A stretch of 63,860 nt of DNA, filler included, from Octopus bimaculoides (Eukaryota), in assembly GCF_001194135.2 (NCBI RefSeq). It is 5 parts of 5 records of this genome, joined end to end, with 100 filler letters (N's around TTAATTAATTAA, not from the genome) between each part and the next. Parts side by side here need not be neighbours in the genome. Positions count along the whole stretch, not along the records: positions 1 to 14,973 come from NC_068985.1; positions 15,074 to 26,557 come from NC_068989.1; 3 more parts are not named here. One strand, 5' to 3'. The position numbers and the translations under genes were made by a program. Under the pieces are notes generated by a model. The model was not told the origin of the DNA. It saw only the letters and a list, made by a program, of their open reading frames with translations, and searched no databases. This document shows, one piece after another, positions 13,545 through 26,419 of the stretch. Numbering within the stretch: position 1 is the stretch's first letter; each line of letters begins with the position of its first letter.

Positions 13545-13712
13545 GGTGAGGTTGCAGAAACTTTAACACGCCTAGCCAAATGCGTAGCAATATTTCATTC
13601 CTCTTTACGTTCTGACTTCGCTGAGGTTGACTTTGATTTTCATCCTTTTCTGGGATCGATTTAATTGACTTAGCCCCTCCCTCGAACTTACTTGCCTTGT
13701 GGCAAACTTTGA
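13545..13712 (+). mobile_element. SINE family A, internally deleted
   Basis: gaggtgaggttgcagaaactttaacacgcctagccaaatgc...gaggttgactttgattttcatcc...ccttgtggcaaactttgaa. Confidence 0.75.
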
Positions 13713-15072
13713 AGTTAATATATGCGCATATAACACTTTTACCTTTCTGAAGTATTTCCAACTAATTTTTTATAGTTATGAAATATTTTGCTTTTAACAT
13801 TTTCATAATTCCATTTATGTTCTCAAAAGGTTTTGGCTTTCAATTGCAATCGTAAACTTATACTCATGTTAACAGCTACTGTCAACCGTTGCATGGAAAC
13901 ATCCTTATTCCGTGGTTTCCAAAGAGCAATATTTCCTAGCGATTTAATAAAGTAATTAATTTACATCACAAAATTAAGTAACTTTTGGATCAAGTTTAAT
14001 GATGTGAACTTCGAAGATTCTCACCGTAGCGACCTAATCGCCTAATTTCAAATTAGCAAATTTGATGAAAATTTCAATGCTCAAAAGTTCACAGTGAAAT
14101 GTGCACTCGAGGAATGTAGAATCCCTGCAGGCTGTGAATAACTAGTTTATCAGTAATTAATTCATAATTCAAGAGCACAAGCCTATTTATCATGAAGGAA
14201 TAATTGCAGACATACATTTCAGCTAAATTCCCTCAATATTAATGACGCTAATATGACATTAACAGAAAACTATCGATTATCTTTCATCACGACTCCTTAT
14301 ATTCATTCAGCTACGAAATATTCGATTTATTACGCATCATAATCATGTTGATTGGTGATGAGGTCGTCGAGGGCAGCAGAGCCGAGAGTTACCATAATAA
14401 TAACAATAATAATGATTTCACGATTATACAAAAATCATTAGGCAATGGCAGAGATGTGACTTATCTAATAGCTAATTTAAAGAGTAGGTGAAATCTGTTG
14501 AAATTTTCAAAGAAATTAATATTTTGTACACCTGTGATCAAAGTACATACACACACACATACACAAAAATACATACAAATACACAACACACACACATCAG
14601 TATTGTGGATACCACCAAAGAGAGCCGATAAAGCTGATTACGTCATATACAAAATAAAGCAAGTATTTCGTATGAAGACGAAGGAATGAAAAGCGAAAAG
14701 GATTTAAAATTGCGACCTGAAACAGATTCATTTACGAATATATAGTTCAATGGTTCTCGCGTACATCAAGCTGTTTTGATATTTAAACAACGAATAAAAC
14801 TGTTACACAGACACTGTGAAGAAATTGTTCGAAGAGATATTTATTAGACATAAAAGCATACATTTGTAAGCTATGCATTTCATCAACATACTCGCTGAAA
14901 TTCACACCGCATGCACAAACTGATATGATGTACATGCGTGTAGTACATACATACATATATATATATATATATANNNNNNNNNNNNNNNNNNNNNNNNNNN
15001 NNNNNNNNNNNNNNNNNTTAATTAATTAANNNNNNNNNNNNNNNNNNNNNNNNNNNNNNNNNNNNNNNNNNN

Positions 15073-15504
15073 NTGCATGAAGTTCTGTATATGTTTTTTC
15101 GTTTCATAGGGTTCGCATAGTGGGGAGATGTTGTTCATTATCCTAACTAAGTCTGCTATCAGTATGTTAATTTTCAAGCTGTGTGACAAAGCTGAGTTCT
15201 TGTGAACAACATATTTTGAAGCTATGGGTTTCATATAATATGAGTGAAGGAGCTGCACTCTATTGTTCACAGTCTCTAACCAAAGTTCAGTATCAAGTAC
15301 AGGGAGCCTATTGTTAGGGTATTTAGTCGGGTAATCTATAGTTACCTTGATACTTTGGTGGATGGAGTTAGCTATTTGCTGGGTGCTCTCCATTACGTTC
15401 CTTTCGGTTTCTACACGACCGTCACTAGAGTTGGTCCTAACTATGATATTAATGTCATCTACATATCTACTGTAAAGTAGAAGAGTTGTGGACTGTTCTG
15501 CTAA
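15073..15504 (-). mobile_element. Penelope-like element RT fragment
   Basis: LLYSRYVDDINII (catalytic YxDD), LPVLDTELW and HSYYMKPIASKYVVHKNSALS...KINIL (PLE-type thumb). Confidence 0.8.
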
Positions 15505-16222
15505 CATATGTTTAAGTTTTCTGTCCCACCAGACAGACATACATACACACACATGCACACATGCATGCATACATACACACACATGCGCAAAAACAAACAA
15601 AAGCAAAAAAGAAAGCAGCGTAAATAACGGACAGTCAAGACTATTGATAAGGTTGCAAAACGCAACGAAAATTTTAGGAAAATAAAAAGAAAAATAAGTG
15701 GAAATTTTACCGGTGAATGTGTTAAATTTTAAGGCACAATAAGAAAACGACTCTCCCCAAACACAGCAGTATATGTGTGTGTGTGTGTGTGTGTATTTAT
15801 GCGTGTGTGTGTGTATTTATGTGTGTGTGTATGTATTTATGTGTGTGTGTCTTTGTGACCGTATTTGTCCCTGCACAATTGCTTGACAACGTATGTTGGT
15901 GTGTTTATATCCCCGTAACATAGCGGTCCGGCAAAAGAGACCAATAGAATAAGTACTAGGCTTATAAAGAATACGTCCAACTAAAAAATCCATTTAATGT
16001 GGTGCTCCAGTATGGCCGCAGTCAAATGACTGAAACAAGTAAAAGAATATACATATGCAACCTTATCAATAGTCTTGACTGTCCGTTATTTACGCTGCGT
16101 TCTTTTTTGCTTTTGTTTGTTTTTGCGCATGTGTGTGTCTCAGTGTGTGTGTATGTATGCATGCATGTGTGCATGTGTGTGTATGTATGTCTGTCTGGTG
16201 GGACAGAAAACTTAAACATATG
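15505..16222. repeat. Inverted repeat, arms 15505-15657 and 16056-16222
   Basis: The right arm is the reverse complement of the left, apart from indels in the CA/TG tract. Spacer about 400 bp. Confidence 0.95.
15770..16047 (+). mobile_element. SINE family B, 3' half
   Basis: (TG)n followed by tgcttgacaac...ccccgtaacatagcgg...ggtgctccagtatggccgcagtcaaatgactgaaacaagtaaaaga. Confidence 0.85.
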
Positions 16223-16275
16223 CATGCATATAGTGTGTAAATTGGGTTTGTAGCAGAAGTGATTTACAGTCATTA

Positions 16276-16943
16276 TGTATAAGATGTTTTCGTTATAGGT
16301 TATCTAGGCTTAAATACCTGAATATCAGCTCCACAACCCTTTTCGTTCCAGTAGGTCCTTGTGATTAGCTGAATTTGTTGTTTTTATTAGTCGGTTTCCA
16401 GCCGTCCAGTCATGTTGGCGCAACAGTTCATTTTGCCTTACGCGGGAAATTAATCACCAGCTCCTGGAAGCCTACTATTCTCTATAAAGACGGCAGTTCT
16501 CGACTGCTCTAGGTCTTTGGCACACGCCACTGACCACACGCAACTCGTCTCTGGCAACGATGTATCTGACACCAGCCAGTCTCTGCTTTCAACTCCATCA
16601 GACACCTGCCTACACCGTTGCTGTATGAACATCACACAACCAACAGACCAACACACCACCAAACAACAGTACGTCAACTAATGTCTACAAGATCGACAGT
16701 CCTGCCTAACCACAAAGTCTCTCATACATTTTTGTTGTAACCTGTTATGTTATTTCATTTTATGTATGGCAATCATTGTATTTTATAACGGAGAATAAAC
16801 CGTCGCTCACCAGTTCATTTCATCTCCAGTCGTATATCCATTTCCCTCATTTTCTTATCCCCGTTATAGGTTATAAACCAAGCTGTCTCCTCAGGAAGCA
16901 CTTCTACATAATCCAGTACTCCGAAACTGTATGTAGAGGTTAT
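16276..16943 (+). mobile_element. Probable solo LTR
   Basis: Starts TGTATAA and ends GTTATA (TG...CA-like termini). Internal TATA-like CTATAAA (about 16483) and AATAAA (about 16795). Flanks atta/attg are only a 3/4 TSD match. Confidence 0.5.
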
Positions 16944-17115
16944 AATTGTGTGAGGCATGCATAAGAGTTGAAAAATACTGGAAAATAGTTTTTGCAAAGT
17001 AATTACATATGAAAAGAGGAGATTGAAAAAAAATGGTATTTTTTATTCACCATTACATGTGTTTCATCTGCTAATAGGAGTAGCAAAATTGTACATGTAA
17101 GAGAAACATGTAAGC

Positions 17116-20073
17116 TGTAGGGCAGGATTCATGACAGACGATCTGTAGACTGGAATCGCTGCGGGCTAGCTAAGGAGTTGGTCAGCAACGAAAGAAACTT
17201 CCGGTTTGAGAAGAGAAACAAAATAATATTAGCAGTGACCGTTAAACGAATCTGAATTAACTAAACAGAAATAACTGGCGGCTTAAGCCCTGATGTACGT
17301 AAAGTAATAAACCTTTGATAAATATATTCTTCTCTTTACTAGTTTGTGTATAGCTTAACAAAGCTATAACTGGCGACCCCGACGATAGAACAACAGCTCT
17401 CACTATCGAAACAAACATGGCAAGCAACAAAACAACAGAGGCTACCACTATTCTGGCCTTAAGAAGCCATAACTATAGTTTGCGCAGGCGAAAGCCCAAT
17501 TGAATATAAACAAGGTAATGGCTGACCAAACGAAATATTCGTACGTTGTAGCAGCAATGAGCGTGTTGGACATTTTAACTCGATCCCCACCAATGCACAA
17601 ATACGCCATATTGAAAAATAGGCTAGTTGATACATTCCGACGCAGTGAACGAGAAGCGGCAGCCAAGATACTGGAGGAGGAATTAGGCGATTCTAAGCCT
17701 TTGGAATTGATGAACAAGATGTTGGCATTAGTCCCTCCCCTTCTCCGGTGAGTCGCCTTCCTTTTTAATTAGGGGAAATATTCCTCCGCAAGCTGCCACC
17801 CCAGGTCCAGGCCCTCATAACTCAGACCGAAATCAAGGACCCGCGGTAATTAGTGAAGGCAGCTGACAAATATTTTTTATCCAGAGGTGTTACGGTCAAC
17901 GCCATAGGGTCAGCCCCGAGACAGGGTAAGGTTTAACAAGATGACCTGTGCTTCTACCATGCAAAGTTCGGGAAAATGGCTACAAAGTGCAAACAACCAT
18001 GTAGCTTTGGGACCTCTTCACCAGTGACCCAGGGAAACTCCAGGGCCGGCCGCTATTGAACGACCTGGTAGCCGGCAGACATGATCAAATGTTCCTCTAT
18101 GTCCGCGATTGGAGCTCCGGACGCAGATTCCTAATTGGCACAGGAGAAGAAGTCAGCGTGATCCCAGTGTCGGCAAGGGACCTCTGTCACGGAAAGCGTA
18201 GCCAACCTTTAACAGCCGTCAACGGGTCCACAATTGAGGCATAGGGTTGTCGCACCCTTTCTCTCAACATCAGCACACAAAAATACACATGGGCATTCAT
18301 CATCGCCGATGTCCATCAGCCCATAATCGGTGCAGACTTTCTTCGAGCACACATGCTACTGGTTGATTTGCGGGGAAGACGACTCCTCTACAACAACACA
18401 TACGCTTCTGTGTCTCTTGCAACATCGGCACATACCGTCCCCGCATAGCAACCGTCCTGCAGATCAAGAACGAATTCTCAAATCTTGTAAGTCACCCCAA
18501 TCTCACCACTCCGACATTCTCCAAACTTACAGTCCGCCTCAGGGTCACACACCACATCTAGCCCCCCCCCCCCGTGCACAGCCGCGCACATCGTCTATCA
18601 CCAGACAAACTTGCAATCACAAAGGCTGAGTTTGACAATATGAAGGCATTGGGCATAGTTCGCCGATCAAGCAGTCCCTGGTCATCGTCCCTGCAAGTGG
18701 CCCCCAAATCCAACGGAGGTTATCGACCCTGCGGAGATCACCGCCGTCTAAACGCAGATACGACACCTGACCGCTACTCCATTCCATATATACAGGATTT
18801 CTCAGCCCATCTAACCGCGTGCTCGGTTTTTTCAAAGGTTGACCTCATCCGAGGATATCAGCAAATACCAGTACAAGACGACGATGTACTGAAAACCGTT
18901 GATAACTCCTTTCGGTCTGTACGAATTCCTACGTACACCTTTTGGCCTGAAAAACGCAGCACAATCCTTCCAACGCTTGATGGACACCGTGTGCAGAGGT
19001 CTCGATTTTGTCTTTGCATACTTAGATATCCCTATAGCAAGCCAAAATGCGAAGCTACATAAGAAGCACCTCGTGACTCTTTTTGATAGGCTGGAACAGT
19101 ATGGTTTAGTAATCTACTGACCTTGGTAGACTGCTACACCCGTTGGCCTGAGGCTATTCCTCTCCGCAGCACGGGAACACAAGAAGTCAGTCGAGCCTTC
19201 ATCGCAAATTGGGTTGCCCGTTTCGTGTCCCAGACTGCATCTCATCTGATCGGGGTACACAATTCACCTCAAAGCTGTGGAATGGCATGTGTGATCTTTC
19301 TGGAATCACAATGAACCGCCCATTGGCCTACCACCACAGACCATCGGATTAGTGGAGACATTTCACCGCTGCCTGAATGAATCCATGACAACCAGACTTA
19401 ACGGGCCAAATTGGATTGACCAACTCCCATGGGTGATATTGGGAATCCGTACCTCCTCCCCAAAAATCTCAACACTTCCTCCGCAGAAATGGTGTATGGT
19501 GCTCCTCTTACGGTGCCTGGAGAGTTCCTTCCGAATATGAAATCAGACCCGGATGTCAAAAGGTACCTCGCTCAACTGAGAGACAGCGTGGGCCAGTTGC
19601 GCCCTATTCTCATGTCGGCACATGGTACACCCAGATCATCCGTACCAAATAACCTCCGCACGGCTAACTTTGTTTTCGTTCAATGAAACCCCTCCAGTTA
19701 CCCTACGACATTCCATATCAAGTCATACATTCGGGAGATAAAACATTCCAGCTCCTAATTGGCGGACGACAAAACAGTCTCCATCGATAGATTGAAACCG
19801 GCCCATCTCGATATTGACAGCTCCATTCAGGTAGCCCAACCACCAAACAGGGGCCGCCCTAAGCAGATCACACCAACCCTTGACAAGGAACAGTCACCAA
19901 AGAATCGAGTAACCGCTTGCATAGGCAGGATAATTCAAACACTTTCCTGGTTCCAATGACAGTCAACAATTAGGGAGGTGGGCTATGTAGGGCAGGATTC
20001 ATAACAGACGATCTGTAGACAGGAACTTCGCTGCCGGCTAGCCAGGTAGTTGAATTAGCTAAACAGAAATAAC
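17116..20073 (+). mobile_element. Gypsy LTR retrotransposon, degenerate, RNase H region deleted
   Basis: 5' LTR 17116-17368 (TGTAGGGCAGGATTC...), PBS TGGCGACC at 17371, gag with CFYHAKFG..C, protease, RT (RPCGDHRRLN, FSKVDLIRGYQQIP, PFGLKNAAQSFQRLMD), integrase (YTRWPEAIPL), PPT AGGGAGGTGGG, and a truncated 3' LTR from 19986. Confidence 0.95.
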
Positions 20074-20280
20074 TGTAGTGGCGTGAAATTATAGCCGCCA
20101 TTGAGGAAGTACAATCTGCGCATGCGCAAGGGACTTGCCTTCCCAGAAGCCCCTCGAGTGCGCATGCGTAGTAAAACTTGTACTTAAAGAGTTTCTTTCA
20201 CTTTCTAAGCCTCTTGAGCGCAAATACCTTCGACGTGACAACACCTTGCTCCTCAACGAAGCACTCTTCACCACGATGCC
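20074..20280 (+). mobile_element. Partial LTR nested in the Gypsy 3' LTR
   Basis: Starts TGTAGTG and shares GCGCATGCG/AGGGACT motifs with the LTRs at 26724-27173 and 40061-40476. Confidence 0.6.
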
Positions 20281-20452
20281 ATCGATGTAATAGCTACTTG
20301 CTCCTCTGGCATGCATCAAGGAAGCTCTTAACCTTCCAATATCAATTATAAGTTAATCAGCGGCTGCTAAGCTGGATGACACGTAAATGGTAATGGAAGG
20401 TTAAGAGCTTCCTTGATGCATGCCAGAGGAGCAAGTAGCTATCACATCAATG
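20280..20452. repeat. Inverted repeat, arms about 20280-20338 and 20394-20452
   Basis: About 59-bp arms with roughly 2 mismatches and a 55-bp spacer. The right arm runs into a gap just upstream of a PLE ORF. Confidence 0.95.
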
Positions 20453-20743
20453 NNNNNNNNNNNNNNNNNNNNNNNNNNNNNNNNNNNNNNNNNNNNNNNN
20501 NNNNNNNNNNNNNNNNNNNNNNNNNNNNNNNNNNNNNNNNNNNNNNNNNNNNNNNNNNNNNNNNNNNNNNNNNNNNNCGTAAATTCTTAATTAAGGAAAT
20601 TATAGGAAAACCGGGGGAAGAAACAAAACTAAGATGGACGCTGACTATGTCAAAATTGAAGACAGACATTTCTATCAATTTAAGTCGGTTCAAGACAAAA
20701 TACAAAACGTTGGACAATGAAATTATTAAGGCAATATCGAAAA

Positions 20744-22477
20744 CTAGCAGTATAGCCTGGCGTTGCCCGGGATTAAGCTAAGATTATTAATTGATCAAGT
20801 GCTTTATTTCAAACCAAAATAAGTAACCTCGACATTAGATTTGAGCGAAATCCGTTGAAATTGGTTTGGCTGAAAATGGTTTGCTGGCAATTTGATTGGG
20901 AAATCCCTTCAAGGAATTAGTTTATCGGTTATTTCCACTCATTGACTGTTTTTTTTTCTTTAAGTTGCATTAGAGATCTGCATAGGAGAAGGTTGATCTG
21001 AAGATTTGCATTGGGGATCTGGATTGGAGTAACTTAGGAAAACTTACCACAGCTTTAACCAAAAAAATAAGGGGCCTGTCCCTTCTAGGTTAACTCTATG
21101 AGCAACTTAGCCAATCACTGATATCAGCCGAATGAGCATTGTTGTTGGAAAAGTCAGCATTGTCCAATAAAAAAGAGGAAGAGTCCATAAGTCATGTTGC
21201 CATGGTTTGAGAATATGTCCGGCCAATGCTTCCGGGTCATTGTTTATAACCACATCGGCTGCAATGACAACTTGTCTATAAAACTTCGCTATAGACAACA
21301 TTGCGTGTTCTGCCCTGAGGAACATACACAAAAAGAGCGTTTCCACTACCCACACGGGAGCAGGCCACATGAAGTTGCCCATGTGAAAAGCATGGCTCCC
21401 CCAAATGGATGCCTGTCACTGGGGTGCTGAAATCCTTGGAATTTCACTCCCCCAACACATTGATCTTTTCACCATCTATTTTTCAATGTACGGGAAAAAT
21501 ACGGAGATTAAAAATATGGATACATTTTTTTTTTTAAATCTCAAATTTACCATGAAAAACTCCAACTAAATTTTAGATAACACTCGCACGATTTTCACTA
21601 AGAAAAAAATAAATCGGATTTTTTGCGTGGAATCAACTATCCTGGCCTGCTACAAAATCCTTTATGTGGTCCGAAAAACGGGTTGGGGTGTGGTGGAAGC
21701 CTCGGAAATTTTACCCATTTATATTATGTAATTCACTGACAAATTGTTACATACCTCTTTGGTTCATTGTTGTTAAATAAATGGATTGTCAATAAACTTT
21801 TTTCTTCGGTGTGAAATATAAACAAAACTCTTTCGCTCCCAAAGTAGTATGTATGTGTGTGAGAGTGAGAGGGATGAGAAAGATAAACGATTTAAAATAA
21901 ATAAATGATTTAAAATAAGTATATTTTAATTGTTGTGTGAGAAAGTATATATAATCTCATTATAAAATATAGTGTCTTTCAAAAACATCCTATATTTGAA
22001 ACTATATCTCATGTTTAAGAAAAAGCATTTTACATTTTCATTTTTGATGAACGCTGACACTGTCTTCCTTACTCACACCTACTTTTTCTTTCATTAGACG
22101 CTTTCCGTCTCCCTGTCCCACTTTTTCTTTACTTTTTTTTTGTTAGACGCTGGCAAACAATCTCTATCTCTCCCTCACTCCTCCTCTCTCACACACACAT
22201 ACATCAACACACAATTTCTCTCTCCTTCACACGCATACACTTTGACTTCACCATGTTAGCAAACTTCAAAATTGGTAAAAGTTATGGTTAAAAATCGATT
22301 TTTATAACTATACGCAGGTGCCTCTGAGAGAAAAAAAAGTTGACGAAAATGCAGATAGGGTCATGACGAATGTCCTCCTAAAATTGGAGCGACATGCGTG
22401 CTAATTTGTGGACGTGCATAAATTACATTCACGTACACACACACACACACACACATCCTGCCTTTTATATATACAGA
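20744..22477 (-). mobile_element. Non-autonomous Helitron inserted at an A|T site
   Basis: Minus strand starts TCTGTATATATAAAAGG (22477) and ends with hairpin CCCGGGCAACGCCAGG + CTATACTGCTAG (20744). Flanked by A and T with no TSD. Removing it rejoins the PLE reading frame. Confidence 0.92.
21276..21419 (-). pseudogene. C-terminal fragment of Helitron RepHel (PIF1 helicase)
   Basis: Translates to VTGIHLGEPCFSHGQLHVACSRVGSGNALFVYVPQGRTRNVVYSEVL*, matching the FSHGQLYVAxSRV motif. Not called by the ORF track. Confidence 0.9.
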
Positions 22478-23514
22478 TAACCACAGGAAACATAGCTGAG
22501 AAAAAGAAGGAGATGTGGATTAAAGATATTACAAAAGAAGAAAGTAAATCAAGACATTTATGGCAAAAGAAACAAGTGTTCCTTGATTTTACTGAAAACT
22601 ACGTTAATGACACCTCAGTACCACGTAAAAGAAATATAAGGAAGCAACCTAACCAACACAGCATACATGAAAACACGTTGCAACAAAAACAGTCAACCAC
22701 AAGGAAATACGGTAAGAACATTTTATCATTTAAAAATACAAAGAAATACCAGTATACGTAACATACAAGAATACCATAAACAAAACAAACGTTCGTTTGA
22801 TAAAAACGTTAGTAAACAAAACAATTATTCATTTGATCAAAATATTAGAGGAAGAAAAGCCGGCAAGAAATCACATTCAAGACTTCAACCAAAATCACGT
22901 ATTAGAAACAGAACAAAAAACTAAACTAGACCGTCAAATAAACCCAAAAATTTCTTTTCACAAACTGAAAATATAAGTAATATACCCACACCTAGGTGCA
23001 AGAGATAAATCATACTTAACTAAACACCACAGCCAAAATACAAAGCTCACCTGATAAAAGATGTTAATAATAGAAGAAATAATAAACAAAAAAGAATCTA
23101 TTTTTTAGGGTCAGGACAACAAACGCAGGAGAAAGAAAAAGTCCAAGAAGAAACAACTGAAACAACTGATAAGATAGACCCTAAAATTATTAATCTGTCA
23201 AAAAGAAATATAAACAGTGATGGATTTCGATTATTGATGAAAGGACTAAAATTCACACCTACACCTACAATCAATCATCAGGAATTGGAGGAAGATATCC
23301 AAAACTTTTGTCGGAAACTACTTGTGGAGTTTTTTACTGATAAAAATAATGAGAATGACGAATCCTTGGCGAAGAATAAATCAAAATTTAACCCCCCAAA
23401 AGGACGAAATACACATCTAAATCAGTTCATTGATATCCTTTCCAGGCATAACATCAACGTTAGGACCAGACATTTCAAAACTAGAAAAGTCTGCCCTTAT
23501 ATGTCTTTAAAATG

Positions 23515-23738
23515 CGTGTGGAGACAATTCGCCGACAGACAATTCCCACACGGCCTCAGACTCAACACGGAGGCCTACATCCCCACATCGAGTGCCTGGA
23601 GGAGGTTGTGCTGTCCTGAGTCAAGAGGCTGGCTGCTGGAACACCCTATGTCTGGCAACAGGACTCTGCACCATAACACACAATTGTCCTGTCTGTAAGT
23701 TGTCTGTCAGCCAACTATCTGTCGAATAATTGTCCGTC
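23515..23738. mobile_element. 224-bp TIR element carrying a maT/mariner transposase fragment
   Basis: 13-bp direct repeat TGTCTTTAAAATG (23502-23514 and 23739-23751), imperfect TIRs built of GACAATTnnnCGACAGA units, and internal FPHGLRLNTEAY...PYVWQQDSAP. Confidence 0.8.
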
Positions 23739-25991
23739 TGTCTTTAAAATGACAACACAATCGTCATCAAACAAGCGGATAAAGGGAGTGCCATTGTTAT
23801 AATGGATACGGAATATTACCGGGATCTAGCTGAAGATTATTTAAAGGATACAACGTTCTATCGTAAAATACCCTCAACTATTGACCACCGCATCATGAAG
23901 AAACTCAATTTAGACTTAAAACATTATAACTCCCCCACTCCTAATGAAAGGCACTATATTACCAATTTTGTGTTGAAATCCGGCAACTTCTATGGCTTAC
24001 CGAAAATACATAAGTCAAAAGTAATACAAAACGCTATAAAGGAACAAGGTAGTGAATGCATAAAACTGCTACAACCAAAAGATCTTAAACTAAGACCCAT
24101 TATACCTGGTCCAGCTTGTCCTATACATCGTCTGAGCAATTTCATTGACATTATCCTAAAACCACTATGTAGTCACATATCCAGTTTCATTCGGGATGAC
24201 ATCGATTTCCTGTCACATCTGCCCAAAACAATAGAATCCAATAAACTTATATACGAACATTTCACATGATTTGGGAATTACTACCATAAAATACTGGGTT
24301 GAGAAACAGAGAAGTGATCCCCAGTAGATTTACTGTAACCTTCATACTAGGTGTGGTCAGCCTAATCCTTGAAAACAATACATTCCTTTACAACGGAAAA
24401 AAAACTACCTCCAAATTCGAGGCACAACTAAGGGGACGCGATTTGCTTCAGTTTTCGTGAAATCAGTATTGGGATACTTGGAACAAAACCTTTTTTTAAA
24501 GAATTGAAGAGAACTACGGCATGACCTTTAGAAGACATATAGAGGACACGCGGAAAAGATACTTCAATGGTTGTTTCCTAATTTGGACCAAATCCCTAGA
24601 AAATCTGGAAGAATCAGCACCCTCCTCAACAATCTACACCCTAGTCTCAAATTCACAAGAGAAATGAGCAACACACAATTACCATTTCTTGACATAGTGG
24701 TAATTAAAAACAACACCATAATCACAACTGATATTATTACAAAAGCACAGATACATACCAGTACCTAAATTTCAAATCATGCCACCCAACACAGACAAAA
24801 CGCAATATCCCGTACTGTCTAGCCAGGAAAATTTATGCTACAGTAGATGATCCAAATACCAGGATCATACGACTTGTAGTACTCAAAAATACCCTCCCCT
24901 ACTTATAGAAAATAGCATACAACGAGCAAAAGAGATACCTAGAGAGCAACTTAGGGCAACACGAGAAAAACGAACCTATCAACGGAACACAACACCATTT
25001 CTAGTAACATACAATTCGCATCACCAAAACATTTTTAACATCATCAAAACAAATTTGCCAATCATGAAACAAAGTGAAAAAAAAAACAAAAACATAACTA
25101 ATCAAACACTTATCTTAAGCAAAAGGTAACCACATAACTTAAAGAAACTATTAATAAAGGCAAAATTCAACATGAACAAACAGGATAAAACATTCACAGT
25201 ATCCAAGTGTAATAACAGATGTGGAACGTGTCAATATATGCATACTGGTAGATCCATTAGAACATAAAACAGATTTTTGCAAATGCAGATATGAACTACA
25301 AAACTAGAAATTTAATCCACTGCATTAAATGCCCTAATTGCGAGGGACTATATATTGGCGAGACAAGGAATGCATTATCGGAACGCTCACGAGTCCACAG
25401 ACAACTAATCCGGAACACTAATGTTCGCCAAATTCCTTTGAGCGAACATAAAGAGACATGTGGTCAGAAAATGTTTCTAATTTTGCCTTTCCACAACCTA
25501 CATGACACAAGTGAGGTTGAAAGAAAGATAAAAGAAAAACGTTTTATTAAATGTTCAAACCTGTTCTGAACGGAAATAACAACAATAATATAACAACCAG
25601 TTAATGATGTGGATTAAAAAATATATTTAATATATGAAAATAAACAAATTATGGAAGACTCCCACCAATTGAAATAAAAACGATTGAAACCAACTAAGTT
25701 TTCTCACTCATAAAACCATTATATGTAAACTGCAAGCGAATTGGTTAAAATAAAGGCGGGATCTATGCCAGTAATATCGGTACGCCCGGCAAACCATGAC
25801 GTTTAAGCTGCATGTGGATTGGTCAAAACCGTATTCGAAAAATCCAGCTTGTTGGCGCCTTCTTAGAGGTATANNNNNNNNNNGAATATGGTACTTAAGT
25901 TTAGGTACCGGAATTAAGTATGGTATTATCCATACAGTTTCAAAATAAGGTGATTAAAGTCAAAATAAACAACAAGGATACCCAAAGTTAA

Positions 25992-26078
25992 TGCAGTACG
26001 ATCGTTTCATGCGACTCCATTTAATTAAGCAATGTGAACATTACATCAAATGTAAAATGCAGAGCAACCTCAGCTGCA
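25992..26078 (-). ncRNA. Type I hammerhead ribozyme-like motif, A9 missing
   Basis: Minus strand TGCAG-CTGAGG[-]-long stem II-GAAAC-GATC-GTA-CTGCA. Stem I is perfect. Confidence 0.55.
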
Positions 26079-26419
26079 CAAAGATATAGAAATTTATTGA
26101 AATTGTATTTCAACAGAAGGACATTTTTATAACTACATTTAAACTCTCCAAGTAGAAAGGAAGAATACAAAAACCATTTTGACTTAGCCAGACCATACAG
26201 GCTAGTAAATAATTCTGAGCATATTTTGTAACTGTCACTGACAGTTAAAAAATCAGTGACAGTTAAAAAAATTTGCTCAGAATTATTTACTAGCCTGTAC
26301 GGTCTGGCTAAGTCAAAATGGTTTTTTGTATTCTTCCTTTCTACTTGGAGAGTTTAAATGTAGTTATAAAAATATGTCCTTCTGTTGAAATGTAATTTCA
26401 GTAAATTTCTATATCTTTG

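Larger units (their letters stand above)
20579..25870 (+). mobile_element. Near full-length Penelope-like element (RT + GIY-YIG), degenerate, interrupted by a Helitron and a MITE
   Basis: LMKGLKFTPTP, IVIKQADKG, GNFYGLPKIHK, LRPIIPGP, LPFLDIVV, a Cys-rich linker (KCNNRCGTC, Neptune-like) and GIY-YIG NLIHCIKCPNCEGLYIGETRN. Confidence 0.93.

Noticed and set aside
15018-15029. TTAATTAATTAA islands inside N runs (also about 26602, 56231 and 60914)
   Set aside because: An identical 12-mer centred in gaps is a scaffolding spacer, not biology.
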